Below are positions 26,824-37,949 of a stretch of DNA of 64,000 nucleotides, one piece after another. Below the pieces are notes generated by a model, which was not told the origin of the DNA, did no database searches, and worked only from the letters and a program-made list of their open reading frames with translations. The stretch covers positions 868,001 through 932,000 of the forward strand of contig MU054212.1 of the NCBI GenBank assembly GCA_013239625.1. Direction: 5' to 3'. Each line of letters begins with the position of its first letter. Positions within the stretch are counted from its first letter, which is position 1. The position numbers were made by a program, and so were the translations under genes. Origin of the DNA: Lama guanicoe (taxonomy: Eukaryota).

Positions 26824-27445
26824 GTACGTAGATTTGGGAGGCCTTGAGAGGTAAGACTCAGATATGAATATGAAGATACCACATTTTTCATAATCGTGAA
26901 ACTTGCACTTTCAAGGAAGTCTAACATAGACCACGATGGAAACCGGTTCTTGGGACCAAGGGGTAAAGGAATCACATCAAAGACTTTCCTAGATTGAGTT
27001 GGGTTGGAAGTTCTTTTTTTTTTAATTGAGGTATAATTGATGTTGGAAATTCTATTCGAGGTCTCTAATTTTCCTCGGAAAGTCAGGATTCTGGATTCAA
27101 GGCCCACAGGTCTTGAACTCTCTTTTCTGGTGGGATATTTAGAAAGTGGATCGCTGGTGATTGTGGTGAAGACCTCCCACTGCTTCACAAACACATCATC
27201 TCCTGTAAGAGTGAGGAGATGGGGGGTTGGTGGCAGAACTAATCCCTGATCCTTTTTGGCAGGATGGGGGTCTTCTTAAGGGAGAAAACAATTGCTGTCT
27301 CTTTGGGGTTGCGTGTGGCCCTTGTGGAGTAGGGAAGATGAGAAAACAGAATGAGAAAATCAGAGAAGAATTCCATGCAGTGAGTTTCAAATGAACGTCT
27401 TTAAAGTGTGCCAGTCTCTTTCTCTTAAGGCAGAGAGATCTTTCT

Positions 27446-28354
27446 TTTTTTTTCTAATTGGAATATAGTTGATTTACAATGTCATGTTAGTTTCAGGTGT
27501 ACAGCAAGGTAATTCAGTTATTTATATATATATACACACAGATGTATATATTCTTTTTCATATTCTTTTCTATTGTAGCTTATTACAAGATATTGAATAT
27601 AGTTCCTTGTGCTCTGTAGCAGGTCTTTATTGTTTTTCTATTTTACATATAGTCTTGTGTATATGTTAATCCTAACTCCTAATTTATCCCCCGCCTGTTT
27701 CCCCTTTGGTAAACAGTTTGTTTATATGTCTGTGAGTCTATTTCTGGTTTGTAGATAAGTTCATTTGTATTTTTTTTTTAGATTCCACATATAAGTGAAT
27801 TCATATAATTATCTTTCTCTGTCTGACTTAATATTCACTTAGTATGATACTCTCCAGGTCTGTACATACTATTTCATTCTTTTTAATGGATGAGTAGTAT
27901 TCAATTATATATATGTATATATATGTATATGTACACACACCACATCTTTATCCACTCATCTGTCAACAGACATTTAGGTTGCTTCTGTGTCTTGGCTATT
28001 GTAAATAGTTCTGCAATGAACATTAGGGTACATGTATCTTTTTGAATTACAGTTTTCTCTGGATATGTGCCCAGGAGTGGGATTCTGGATCAAATGGTAA
28101 CTCTACTTCAGTTTTTTAAGGAAACTCCATGCTGTCCTCCATAGTGACTTCACCAATTTACATTCCCACCAACAGCGTGGGAGGGTTCCTTTTTCTTCAC
28201 GCCCTCTCCAGTGTTTATTATTTGTAGACTTTTTGACAATGGCTATTCTGGCCATTGTGAGGTGATACCTCATTTCAGTTTTGATTTGATTTGCATTTCT
28301 ATAATAATTAATGATGTTGAGCATCTTTTCATGTGCCTGTTGGCCGTCTGTATA
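27446..28354 (-). mobile_element. 5'-truncated L1 (ORF2 C-terminus plus 3'UTR) with TSD
   Basis: Minus-strand ORF 28103-28324 ([15 protein letters not shown]...WWECKLV) matches the L1 ORF2 end. TSD cagagagatctttct (27431-27445) / cagagagctctttct (28355-28369). Confidence 0.9.
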
Positions 28355-28948
28355 CAGAGAGCTCTTTCTCTAGCAGCTGTATCCATATCTTCTGGTGATG
28401 GGTGAGTGGCTCATGTCTCAGATGGTTGGGACTTGGGCTTCATCTCCTCACACTTTAAAACAAAACCTGAATTTTGCATAGATTTTTTTTGTCTCCTTCA
28501 CCATCAACTTTATATCCAGAGAATTCCTTTTTTTCAGCCTCATTTAGGTTTTTAGATTCCTTTAGCTTTGTTTCTTTGATGTAGCTTGACAAAAATCATT
28601 CCCCTGTATTTATAGATTTTAACATTGTATTTTCAACATTTCATACTGTTGCAGTCCCACAATGACCCTGATAGGAAGAACAAAGGGTTTGTAAATAAAG
28701 TGACAGCATCTCCTGAGAGCTAAGGTTTTGAGAAGAGATTGTCAGAATTTGGAACTAGGAAGAGAAGGGAAGATGGGACGAGCAGTAATATTTTTAGACA
28801 TAAACATCCACACAGCCACCTACAAACATCTAATGACTCAAGGAAACTGAGTGTTTCAGGGCATGTGTTATTTTTAGTTTACTTACAGCTACATTTTGAC
28901 GAAAAGACTTTTTTCTCCTCTCTCTCTCCTTCTCTGTGGTTATTTTAG

Positions 28949-29119
28949 GTTGTCGTGTCCTTGATAAATGGTCGTCCAGGTGCAAAAAATTTTACTTTCT
29001 CTCACTCCCTGAGGGAGTTCACCAAGGCAACAAACATCCGCTTGCGTTTCCTCCGAACCAACACCCTCCTTGGACACCTCATCTCCAAAGCGCAGAGGGA
29101 TCCAACAGTCACCCGGCGG
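28949..29119 (+). CDS. LAMA3: LAMA3 coding exon (exon 5 equivalent), LN domain
   Basis: Long pyrimidine tract ending tattttag|; donor cgg|gtgagc; 171 nt. Translates [57 protein letters not shown]. Confidence 0.97.
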
Positions 29120-29339
29120 GTGAGCAGTGCTTTTAAATGCCAAGACGGCAACTTTTGGTATTTTTCTGCTTTTCAAATTAATGATCTTGAACTCTTTCAA
29201 GTATTCTTTACAGCCAGTAATGATGTAGGCACAGGAGTTGTTCTTGTCTGATATATTAGGTGTAGGTTAGAAGTTTTGTTGTTAAAGACAAATCATCGTA
29301 CTCAGAGAAGATGAAAGACAAAAGATGACAGCCCGCCTG

Positions 29340-29965
29340 GTATTAGTCTGCTGTTTATAAGAAATAATCCCTGCGTCTCAGAGGCTTAACGCAGTAAAGT
29401 TTCATTTTTGCTCAGTCACACTCTAATGTGGGTCAGCAGGTGGGGTCAGCCCCACACAGTCATTCATGGAAGCAGGCTGCTTCTGTGTAGAGGCACAGCA
29501 TCCCTGTAGGACCTCGGGGTCCTCCTCTGCATCCCCTGCACCTGGTCAGCGGATGATGGAAGAGAGAAAGTGTCGGGAAGACTGCCTTCTCCTAGCCACA
29601 CAGCTCACTTCCATTGGTGGGAGCCCCAGTGAGATGCAGGAGGCTGGGTAATGTAATTGGGCCAAAGCAGAGGAGACCTGGGTATTGGGGGGCACTAATT
29701 CCTCTACTGTACTGAATGAAATCTCTCACTCTCAGTGTCAGGCCAGGACCCTGTCTCCTGGGCAGAGAGGGAGCCACACAATAAATATCTCAATCTCCCT
29801 CTTCTCCCACCCTCTCATCTCCTCCCAGTGTCTCCCACTGGCCAAACCCAACAAGGGACCACAGGGCAAGAGACCCTTGTCACCCCGTAAAGTTCAGCCC
29901 CAGGGCAAAGGGCAGGGTGGAGAAAGGTGGAGTGTGGACCTAGAAGGGTGAATGGAAGATGCAGT
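29340..29965. mobile_element. Old MaLR/ERVL LTR fragments (MLT1- and LTR33-like)
   Basis: tattagtctgctg...tctcagaggcttaac..aaagtttcattttt, then ccctctcatctcctcccagtgtctcccactggccaaacccaac. Confidence 0.45.
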
Positions 29966-31558
29966 GTACCTTAGAGAATTTGGCTTCTGATGTAGGTAAG
30001 TCAGAGAGAGAAAGGTTCAGTTTTGCTACAGTTTTGAGCATTTTTCCCAGAAAGGCCAGTCATCTTGAGTATAGGTGGCCTGTTGCCTGCATTTTCAGCC
30101 CCCGTATCGCCCTCTGAGCTGCTGTACGTGGGAAGTACAGCTGCATCCAGGGATGGAATTTACAAGGGAGAGCTGGGCTTTTGGACCAGTATAGCCAGGC
30201 TGCCTTTCTGTTCCAACAGGGGATCCAGAGCCTCGCCACAAACGTACCACACCACCTTCTTTTTTCCTTAATTATCTTTCTGAGGGTTGCAAAATTGGTA
30301 CTCATACGTACGTACATTTCTTTTCATTTAAGTGAACGTAGTCTTCTCTATTAAGTAATTTTTTATGGCGTGCACCACACATATAATTTTGACACCCCTC
30401 CCCCGCCCCCAGTCCAGGGGACCAGAATACTGGCTGTCCTGTCACTCGCATCACGGTGCTGCTGGGGGAGCTGATGGAGTGCTTCCCTCTCTTGCTGTTG
30501 CTGCCCCTAACACACGTGTGCAGAGGCACCTCCACGGTGCTCAGCATGAAAGCTTCTGAGTGTTAACTTGCCACCGAAAGTCCTCTAATCCTGAATCTAT
30601 CCATGTTAACAAGCGGGGTTGTTAATGCCTTCACACTAAGTAAGATGTTGCGGGAAGCTCAGACACTTAACAGCGTTTAGTGAGGAAGTCAGGACAGAAC
30701 CCCAGCATCGAGTAAATGGGGAGGTTTAGGATGACTAATCACAACAAAAAGATACAAAACCCCTCCTGTCGTTGTGAATTCCAAGACTGTCTCACTGCCA
30801 CATACTCTCACTGGTGGCGCGATCTCAGTAAGAAAGATTATTTTATGCCCCCCAAATTCCTTGCTGAATCTTGTGCCTCTCCTGCCTCGCCTGAGAAGTC
30901 AGGGAGCTGGCGGACGGTGCCACCTACTGTCACGTGGAGAGGCCTCCCACATGCCGGAGGTGTGCCTTGTTGAGACGTCTGCCTGTGTCTTCGGCCTGGT
31001 TTAGGGGCCGAGGCTTCGCTGGGTCTGGAGCTCACTGCCTGGCCCTTGGCTCTGTTAACCCTTAGCTAACAAGGCTTCCTCCGCTGCTGGTGGACCTGCC
31101 AGTCTTGGCACCATGACTGATCCACCTTTATGATTAGTCTCTTCTTTCCTGGAGCCTACACACATAGGTGCAAAAAGTTTTGATAGGAAAAATTATTTTT
31201 TTGGTAAATAAATACGTCCAATTTATGGAGCTCAGGTTTATATTAAAAAAGAGAGAGAAACTAGGAAACAGTCTCTCCCAGAGGCTAGAGGGTGTGATTC
31301 TTTTCCAAAGTAATTCCCCTGCATGCATTTAAAGCATTTGCTTTTTTTTTTTAATGTGTGCTATTAAGTTTGATTGGGGAATTTTTTTTTGTAAGAAAAG
31401 TTACATCCAAATGCAGGTCCCTTTTGTGTTGGGGGAGGCTCAAGAGTACAGGACGAGAGGGCAGCAGGGTCAGTGCAGATGTGTGTTACAGATTAGCAAA
31501 GGCAAGTTGAGGTTGGGGTTTGGTAAAACTGACACGTTCTGTATTTTCTGTTCTATAG

Positions 31559-31650
31559 TATTATTACAGCATAAAGGACATCAGCATTGGTGGGCGGTGT
31601 GTTTGCAACGGCCACGCTGAGGTGTGCAATGCCCACAACCCCGAAAACCT
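31559..31650 (+). CDS. LAMA3: LAMA3 coding exon (exon 6 equivalent), end of LN and start of the first LE repeat
   Basis: Acceptor ttttctgttctatag| and donor ct|gtaagt; 92 nt. Translates [30 protein letters not shown](L), the canonical LN/LE junction. Confidence 0.96.
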
Positions 31651-32029
31651 GTAAGTACGCTGCACAGATTTTTTTTTAGCTTTGCTGTGAATACATCTAT
31701 TTGTTTCGGTGGATGTTTGCATGTCATTAAATATTTCTAAGTTCCTGCCCTCAACAGGAATATTTCAGTGTCAACAAGTAGGTGGAGTGTGTGTCTCCCC
31801 TCCTCCAGCCCCACGCTTTCCTCTCACCCCCAGCCAGCCCGCAGCAGACATAGGTGATCGGTCACAGCACGAAGGATGGTCTGGGATGCAGCCACCCATC
31901 GCCCCCTCCCCTCACCCCTGCTCCAGACCTGCCCCAGGCAGCCACAAACAATTAAGTAGAGCCAGCAAGAGAAATAAAACTTGTCTGTCATCTATGATCT
32001 AATGGAATCAGGGATATATGTTTTCAAAT

Positions 32030-32197
32030 CCTTTTTCATTTCTTTATTCTTTTTTTGGGTGGGGAGGGGAGGAGATAATTGGGTTTGTTTGTTTGTTTGT
32101 TTGTTTGTTTATTTATTTCATGGAGGCACTGGGGATTGAGCCCAGGACCTTGTGCATACTAGGCACGCACTCTACCACTGAGCAAACCCTCCCTCCG
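32030..32197 (-). mobile_element. Camelid-type tRNA-derived SINE
   Basis: ggggaggagataattgggtttg(tttg)n...ggaggcactggggattgagcccaggaccttgtgcatactaggcacgcactctaccactgagc. Flanking atgttttca repeats at 32018 and 32198. Confidence 0.8.
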
Positions 32198-32206
32198 ATG
32201 TTTTCA

Positions 32207-32690
32207 CTTTTTAAAAATTGTGGTAAAATACAGTACTATAGTTTACCCCCTTACCCATTTTTAAGTGGGAGTGATTTAAGTTCAGTGGTGTTGAGTGCAT
32301 TCACGGTGCTGTGCAACCAGTCTCCAGAACTCTTTTTCATCTTGCAGAACCGAAACCCTCTAGCAATTAAATAGCAGCTCCCCATTCCCTCCTCCCAGCA
32401 ACCCCTGGCTGCCACCCTCCTACTTTCTGTCACTACGAATTTGACTATGCTAAGTGCCTCACAGATGTGGAATCACACAGTATCTGTCTTTCTGTGACTG
32501 GTTTACTTCACTTAGCACGATGTCCTCACTGTAGCATGTGCCAGAATTGCCTTCCTTTTTAAGGCTGGATACTATTTTGTTATGTAGACACCACATTTGG
32601 CTTATGTGTTCGTCTGTGGGTGGACACTTAGGTTACTGCCGCCTTTTGGCTATTGTGAATAATTCTGCTATGAATAGGGGTGTAACTCGT
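32207..32690 (-). mobile_element. L1MB-like 3' end
   Basis: aaaattgtggtaaaatac...agttcagtggtgttgagtgcattcac...tctccagaactctttttcatcttgca...ttttggctattgtgaataattctgctatgaa. Confidence 0.8.
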
Positions 32691-34749
32691 TTTTGCTTTT
32701 AATCAAGGTATATTTCATACACAATGAAATGCATGAATCTCAAATATTAACTGTTTGGCAATTGTATGCACCCGTGATACTACCACAAGAAGGATTACTT
32801 TGAAGGGCTGGAAATTACTGGGTGCTGGATACAGTAATAATTGTTTCTCAGTGTTGTATTGAAAGTCTACCATTGCCCATGAGCAACATTGACCCGGGGT
32901 GTATTTTACTGCTGGTCAGATTCAGCTTTGTGCATCCCTAGGCCTAGCTTCATGTTCAGGGAGAGGTGCCAGCTACCAGCTTACATGGGAAGTTCGTGGA
33001 GCCCTTGTCCCTGACCAGCAATGCTCCCCAATGTTGTCAGCCCTCCTGTGGGGACCAGGTGGTGCTCCCTGAGACTGCAGTGTGACTCCATCAATGACTA
33101 GCCCTTAATCAGCAAGGACTCACTTATTAATGATCAAATCGTCACTGTCATGTCACCTCCTGAAGGGCAGGACCCTAAGGCACTGGGACTTGGGTCAGGG
33201 AAGTCCTGAGTTGGAGAGAGAGGAGAGAAAAAAGGTCACCTAGGTCCTGAGACAAAATGGTGCCAAGTGGGAGAAGAGGGGAAGTCATCGGAGAGGGGCT
33301 GGGCTTAGAGGCTGCTGAGCCCTGTTGACCTTGGCAGAGCTGGAGGGGTTCCGTACTGAGCAGTTAATTGCTCCCAGCTCATGTGAGTGGAGAGGCCGTC
33401 TCCCCATACCTCAGTGAAGGGCTCAGTTTGCCACCGGTCTGTACCCACACAACTGCCTTGCTGGCCCCTGCCTGCTGGTTTGCTTCTGCCCAGCAGGCTG
33501 ACCTGCACAAATAATTCATGGAGGCCTCCATGAATGGGGAAAAGAAGTCTTATGTTTAAGGAGATTCAGCGACTTACTGGAAGGAACCACTGCCAATCAA
33601 TCAAAAATCAGGCAGAACCTATGAAGGGGCAGAAGACTTTAGTCAAGCATGAGTACCATGGGTACCAGGCTGACTTTGATGCATGGAAACATGGATGGAT
33701 CACAGATTTAATTCTGAGCTTCCTAGCAGTCAACTCACAAATGAAGCCTTCTCAGTTTCATATTTCACTATGATCACAATTTAAAAAGTAATCAGTGTGC
33801 GGGAGACGATGCTGTTGACACGAGGACCAGTGAGACATTTACCTGGAGGTGGATGGAGAGGTCATCACGAAGAGGATTCTCTAGTCAACAATGTCGTCGA
33901 TAACACCTTACAGCAGATGCAAGGATGAGCTTTGCATCCTGGACTGAGAGAGTCAGGAAAAGCAGTTTTCAAGGCTGACAATATGGTTCAGACAGGTTCC
34001 CAGCTCTGTTTCCTTTTGCTATGCTGAATATTAATCTCCCTGTAAGAGTAGTCGGACTGCATGTTCTTCAAGCATTTTCCCTAAATATTCTTTCAGTCCA
34101 GCTTCTGCAGATGCCTCACTGTCAGTGAGCTGAAGTTGCCTCTCTGACAAAAGCCCGTTTGGACTCCAGCTGTTCTGTGCTGCCATTTAAATCTTTGTCC
34201 ATTTGCTTTAACGGGCAGCTGAGTTGGGAGAAGGTTGACACTTCCCCTTAAGAGCGTAACTGAGTACAAACCATCTCACCTCCCCTCCAAAGAGGTGAGG
34301 GGTCCCCATAGCCACAGCCTAGGGTCTTTTAGACTTTGTTTGGAATCCTCTTTCAAATGAACACAGATGGACGAAAGCTTAGAGCTTGGAGTTCTAATGC
34401 AATGTCATGGCTACGACGATTTCATTTTAGCTTAGAGAAGTTTAAAGGCAGGTGTATACTTCTTTGAACATAGATTTGTAAGTTTTTACCCCATTGCCTA
34501 GTCTGGGCTTTGGGTCCTGTCAGGGAGCTGTGTACTGGGACTGGCACGGACTCGTGGAGCATGGTCCCCTGAGATCTTACGAGTAACTGTCTCTTGGATT
34601 CAGTGAATCTCTGGGCCAAATCCCGGTTTGAGAATTAGCTGAACAGACCCATCTCACAGGACGAGTCCAGCTCTTTGTGAAGTTGTAAGACTCAACATGT
34701 CTCAGTACACAGCACTTGCTTGCTCCTGGTAGATCATAACAGAAGGTGG

Positions 34750-34950
34750 TGGAGAAGCAAGAGCTGGGCCTTCGGAGTCAGACAAACTTAGGTTTGAAAT
34801 CTGGCTCTCCAGCTGTCATCTCCTGACCTTTGGCAGGTGTTTTGATGTCTCTGAATCTTAGTGTCACCATCTGCCAAAAAGGAAACAGTAAGCAGGATGG
34901 TGGGGGGGGACTTACAATCATATATGCAAAGTGCTCTGTTCTCATGATTA
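34750..34950 (+). mobile_element. MIR SINE
   Basis: ggagtcagacaaacttaggtttgaaatctggctct...tgacctttggcagg...tctctgaatcttagt. Confidence 0.6.
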
Positions 34951-35078
34951 CTCAGTGGTCCCATGGGTGACCGTGATGACTCAGTTTTTCACACAGGAGC
35001 AACTGATCCTATACTTCAATTAAAAAAAAACCAAGCAAACAACTTTCCAATAACAGATGTGCTTCGCCACATGCCCAG

Positions 35079-35194
35079 GTTTCGGTGTGAATGCCAGCAC
35101 CACACCTGCGGGGAGACGTGTGATCGCTGTTGCGCGGGGTACAATCAGAGGCGCTGGCGGCCCGCCACGTGGGAGCAGAGCAACGCGTGTGAAG
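35079..35194 (+). CDS. LAMA3: LAMA3 coding exon (exon 7 equivalent), LE repeat
   Basis: Acceptor atgcccag| and donor gaag|gtgagt; 116 nt. Translates FRCECQHHTCGETCDRCCAGYNQRRWRPATWEQSNACE. Confidence 0.95.
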
Positions 35195-37261
35195 GTGAGT
35201 GCTGGGCCCGCCCACGTCCCCACCCCCACCTCTGCCTGAGGACTGATGCGGTGTTTCCCCTGTGCTCATGGCAGTCTCAGGGACGCAGAACTGGCCATTG
35301 CAATGACTGACTCACAGACCGGAGGTAAAAATGCGCTGCTCTAACTTCGCATTCAAATATGAGAACGGAAATAACAGTTACGATTGTTACTATGTATGAA
35401 GCATTCACTGTTTGCAAGGACTCGGCTGAGAGCTTTGACAAGGACGCCTCTCTTTTTAGCAATCTGAAATGTGATGCAGCCACTATTACATTTGAAACCC
35501 TTGTCGTTTCTTAGGATGTGATACTGGATCAGAGTCCCAACTATTCTGAGGACTGAGATCCAGAGAAGGTGGTGAGATTGATGTCTAAACAGAGAGTTGG
35601 AAGCGCTGAGAGAATAGGACTGAGGGGGATGCGGGATGGAGGGAACCAGAGAAGGAAGGAAAAAAGACCAGAGGCTGCTTTTAATTATGGGCACAATATA
35701 AATTAAGAAAACTGTTGTTTTAACAAACAAGCCCTATGACATCCAACTGAAGATTTTCTTTTAAACCAATCTTTTTAGAAAGCCACATGTTTATTCCAGT
35801 TGCTGGAAACGTTTTTATAACTTTTAGTTATTGGCTTTGGAGACTGTGGCCTATTTTTTTCATTAATATTCTTAGCATTTGAAGATGAATTTGCTTTTCT
35901 GCAATGGCCAAAAGGCATTGGTATCCAGGCTTGTTGAACGAGATGGGTAAGAAAGAATCTGTACTTTGTACTTTTTGGCCAAATATTTTTTGTCACCATT
36001 AAGAGATAAGAGGGATGATCTCTATGACCAGCAAAATTACTATAAATGCATTTCTAGTGAGCAGTTCCGAGAACACTTTGAGAGATCCTGACTTTGTTGG
36101 AAGGTGTTGGTGGTGCCAAAAATGAACGTCCAGGTCGTGGATGGCCATTCCCACTTCAGAGTCATAGCTAACAGCTTTCTTCTCAGTGAATTCCCTATTC
36201 CTCACCCCTGGATAATAGGACCAGGAAGAGGGAAAAGTAATAATCAGGGGTCATTTCTTCCAATGCTTTCAGGTGCTGGTCAAGGATACTTTGAATATGT
36301 GTCACCATGTGACCTCCAACATTTGCAATATGGTTAGTTTTCCAGGCTGATTGGAACCCCTCAGTGAATGACATGCTTTACTCAATACATAGGACAAAAT
36401 TTTAACTAATTTCCTTTCATAAGGTTTTAAACTTTTTACACTTGCCAAAATGGTTAAAAATGACAGCAGCATATGGAAATCAGACCCATTACGACCTGTT
36501 TGAGGGGTACTTTCTAATTTCCATTTGAGTTACTGCAATTCAAAATAAACAGACTTTAACCTCCCCCCACAAAAAATTCAAAATAAACAGACTTTTAAAG
36601 AAATAACTGATGTAGCAAATATAAATGGTTAGAATTTTTTAGAAATCATGGCACCAGGCACCACTGAGGAAATGAAAATAAGAAAGTATTCAGCCTGTTA
36701 AAAACAGAGTAGCTTCAAATTCTAACTCAGTCCTCTTCACTAATAGATTTATCCAGGAACTTGATACACATTCCTAGAGAAACTAGGAAAATTCAACGTA
36801 GGTGGAATGGAATGAAGATATATTCTGCCTAAGAGAGAATGAGAATTTTACTCATGTTAGATCTTTTTCATCTTGTCAATGATGAAAATCCAAATGGGGT
36901 TTAAATTATATTTTCTAATTTTAGAAGCATCATCCATTACTTATAGGTAACTTGGAAATTATTTTTTAAGTAAAATCATTAATAATTTTACTACCCCAAA
37001 CCCGACTATTAATATTTTTTTAGATACTTAGTGTTTTTTCATGCATACTCTTTTACTTAATATCAAATGAAAGAAGGTATAAATTGCATGTGATTATAGG
37101 CTGGCCTTTGTGTAAAATTCCCTGAAATTTTGCACGAAGGATATCCCTGGTGTTCCAGAATAGACTTTACTGTAGCTTAGTGAGCAGTAATACTATATGG
37201 GAGAATTTACTGAACATCTCATAGTCATGGTGGAATACTAACTTAGAATACTTTTTTTCAG

Positions 37262-37380
37262 CATGCAACTGCCATGGCCATGCCATTGACTGTTATTATG
37301 ATCCAGATGTTGAGAAGCAGCAGGCAAGCTTGAATATCCAAGGCATCTATGCAGGTGGAGGGGTCTGCATTAACTGTCAG
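37262..37380 (+). CDS. LAMA3: LAMA3 coding exon (exon 8 equivalent), LE repeat
   Basis: Acceptor ctttttttcag| and donor cag|gtgagt; 119 nt. Translates (A)CNCHGHAIDCYYDPDVEKQQASLNIQGIYAGGGVCINCQ. Confidence 0.96.
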
Positions 37381-37949
37381 GTGAGTCACCACTTAAGTCA
37401 AAGTGAATGTGTCACCATAGGAAATGAACATTCAGTAAGCCCTGCTCCAAAAAAGGTGTTAAGAAAGTGACAGACAATTTAAAGGATTTTCTGACACCAG
37501 TCCTCCACTTTCGTACACAAGAAGCCTGGTTATCTGGATGTAGCTTAGAGATTGTGAGGAAAACGGACTGAGACATGTTTGCCCAAACTCCATTGATTTG
37601 GTTCTTCATTTAGGTCTTCATCTAAATGGAGGAGAGAATTCCTGGCTGTCATCCTGACTGCTATCCACCTTAATAGAGAGGCTCTAAGATAGGAAGGTAT
37701 TAACTGCTAACTCTAAATCCTATTTTCCAATGGATTCTGAATCTAGACTCAGCAAGGAAGCATATCATGATCAGTTAATGATGTCTGCCATTAACGCCAA
37801 ATAAGAACCTCTTATTTTTCAGCCCTTCTATAGGGCAGTTGAGTTTAGCTAAGAGGAGTATATGGCAGAGAAGGGTATATGTATAATCTGCCTTGAGATG
37901 GTCATTAAAAATTGCATTAAGTGTTCATGATTTGGTCCGTATTGTCACA

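Noticed and set aside
34963..35310. Stand-alone 115-aa ORF with an upstream ATG around exon 7
   Set aside because: Its similarity is explained by exon 7 itself. The flanks include an L1-tail stub, and there is no signal peptide or promoter evidence.
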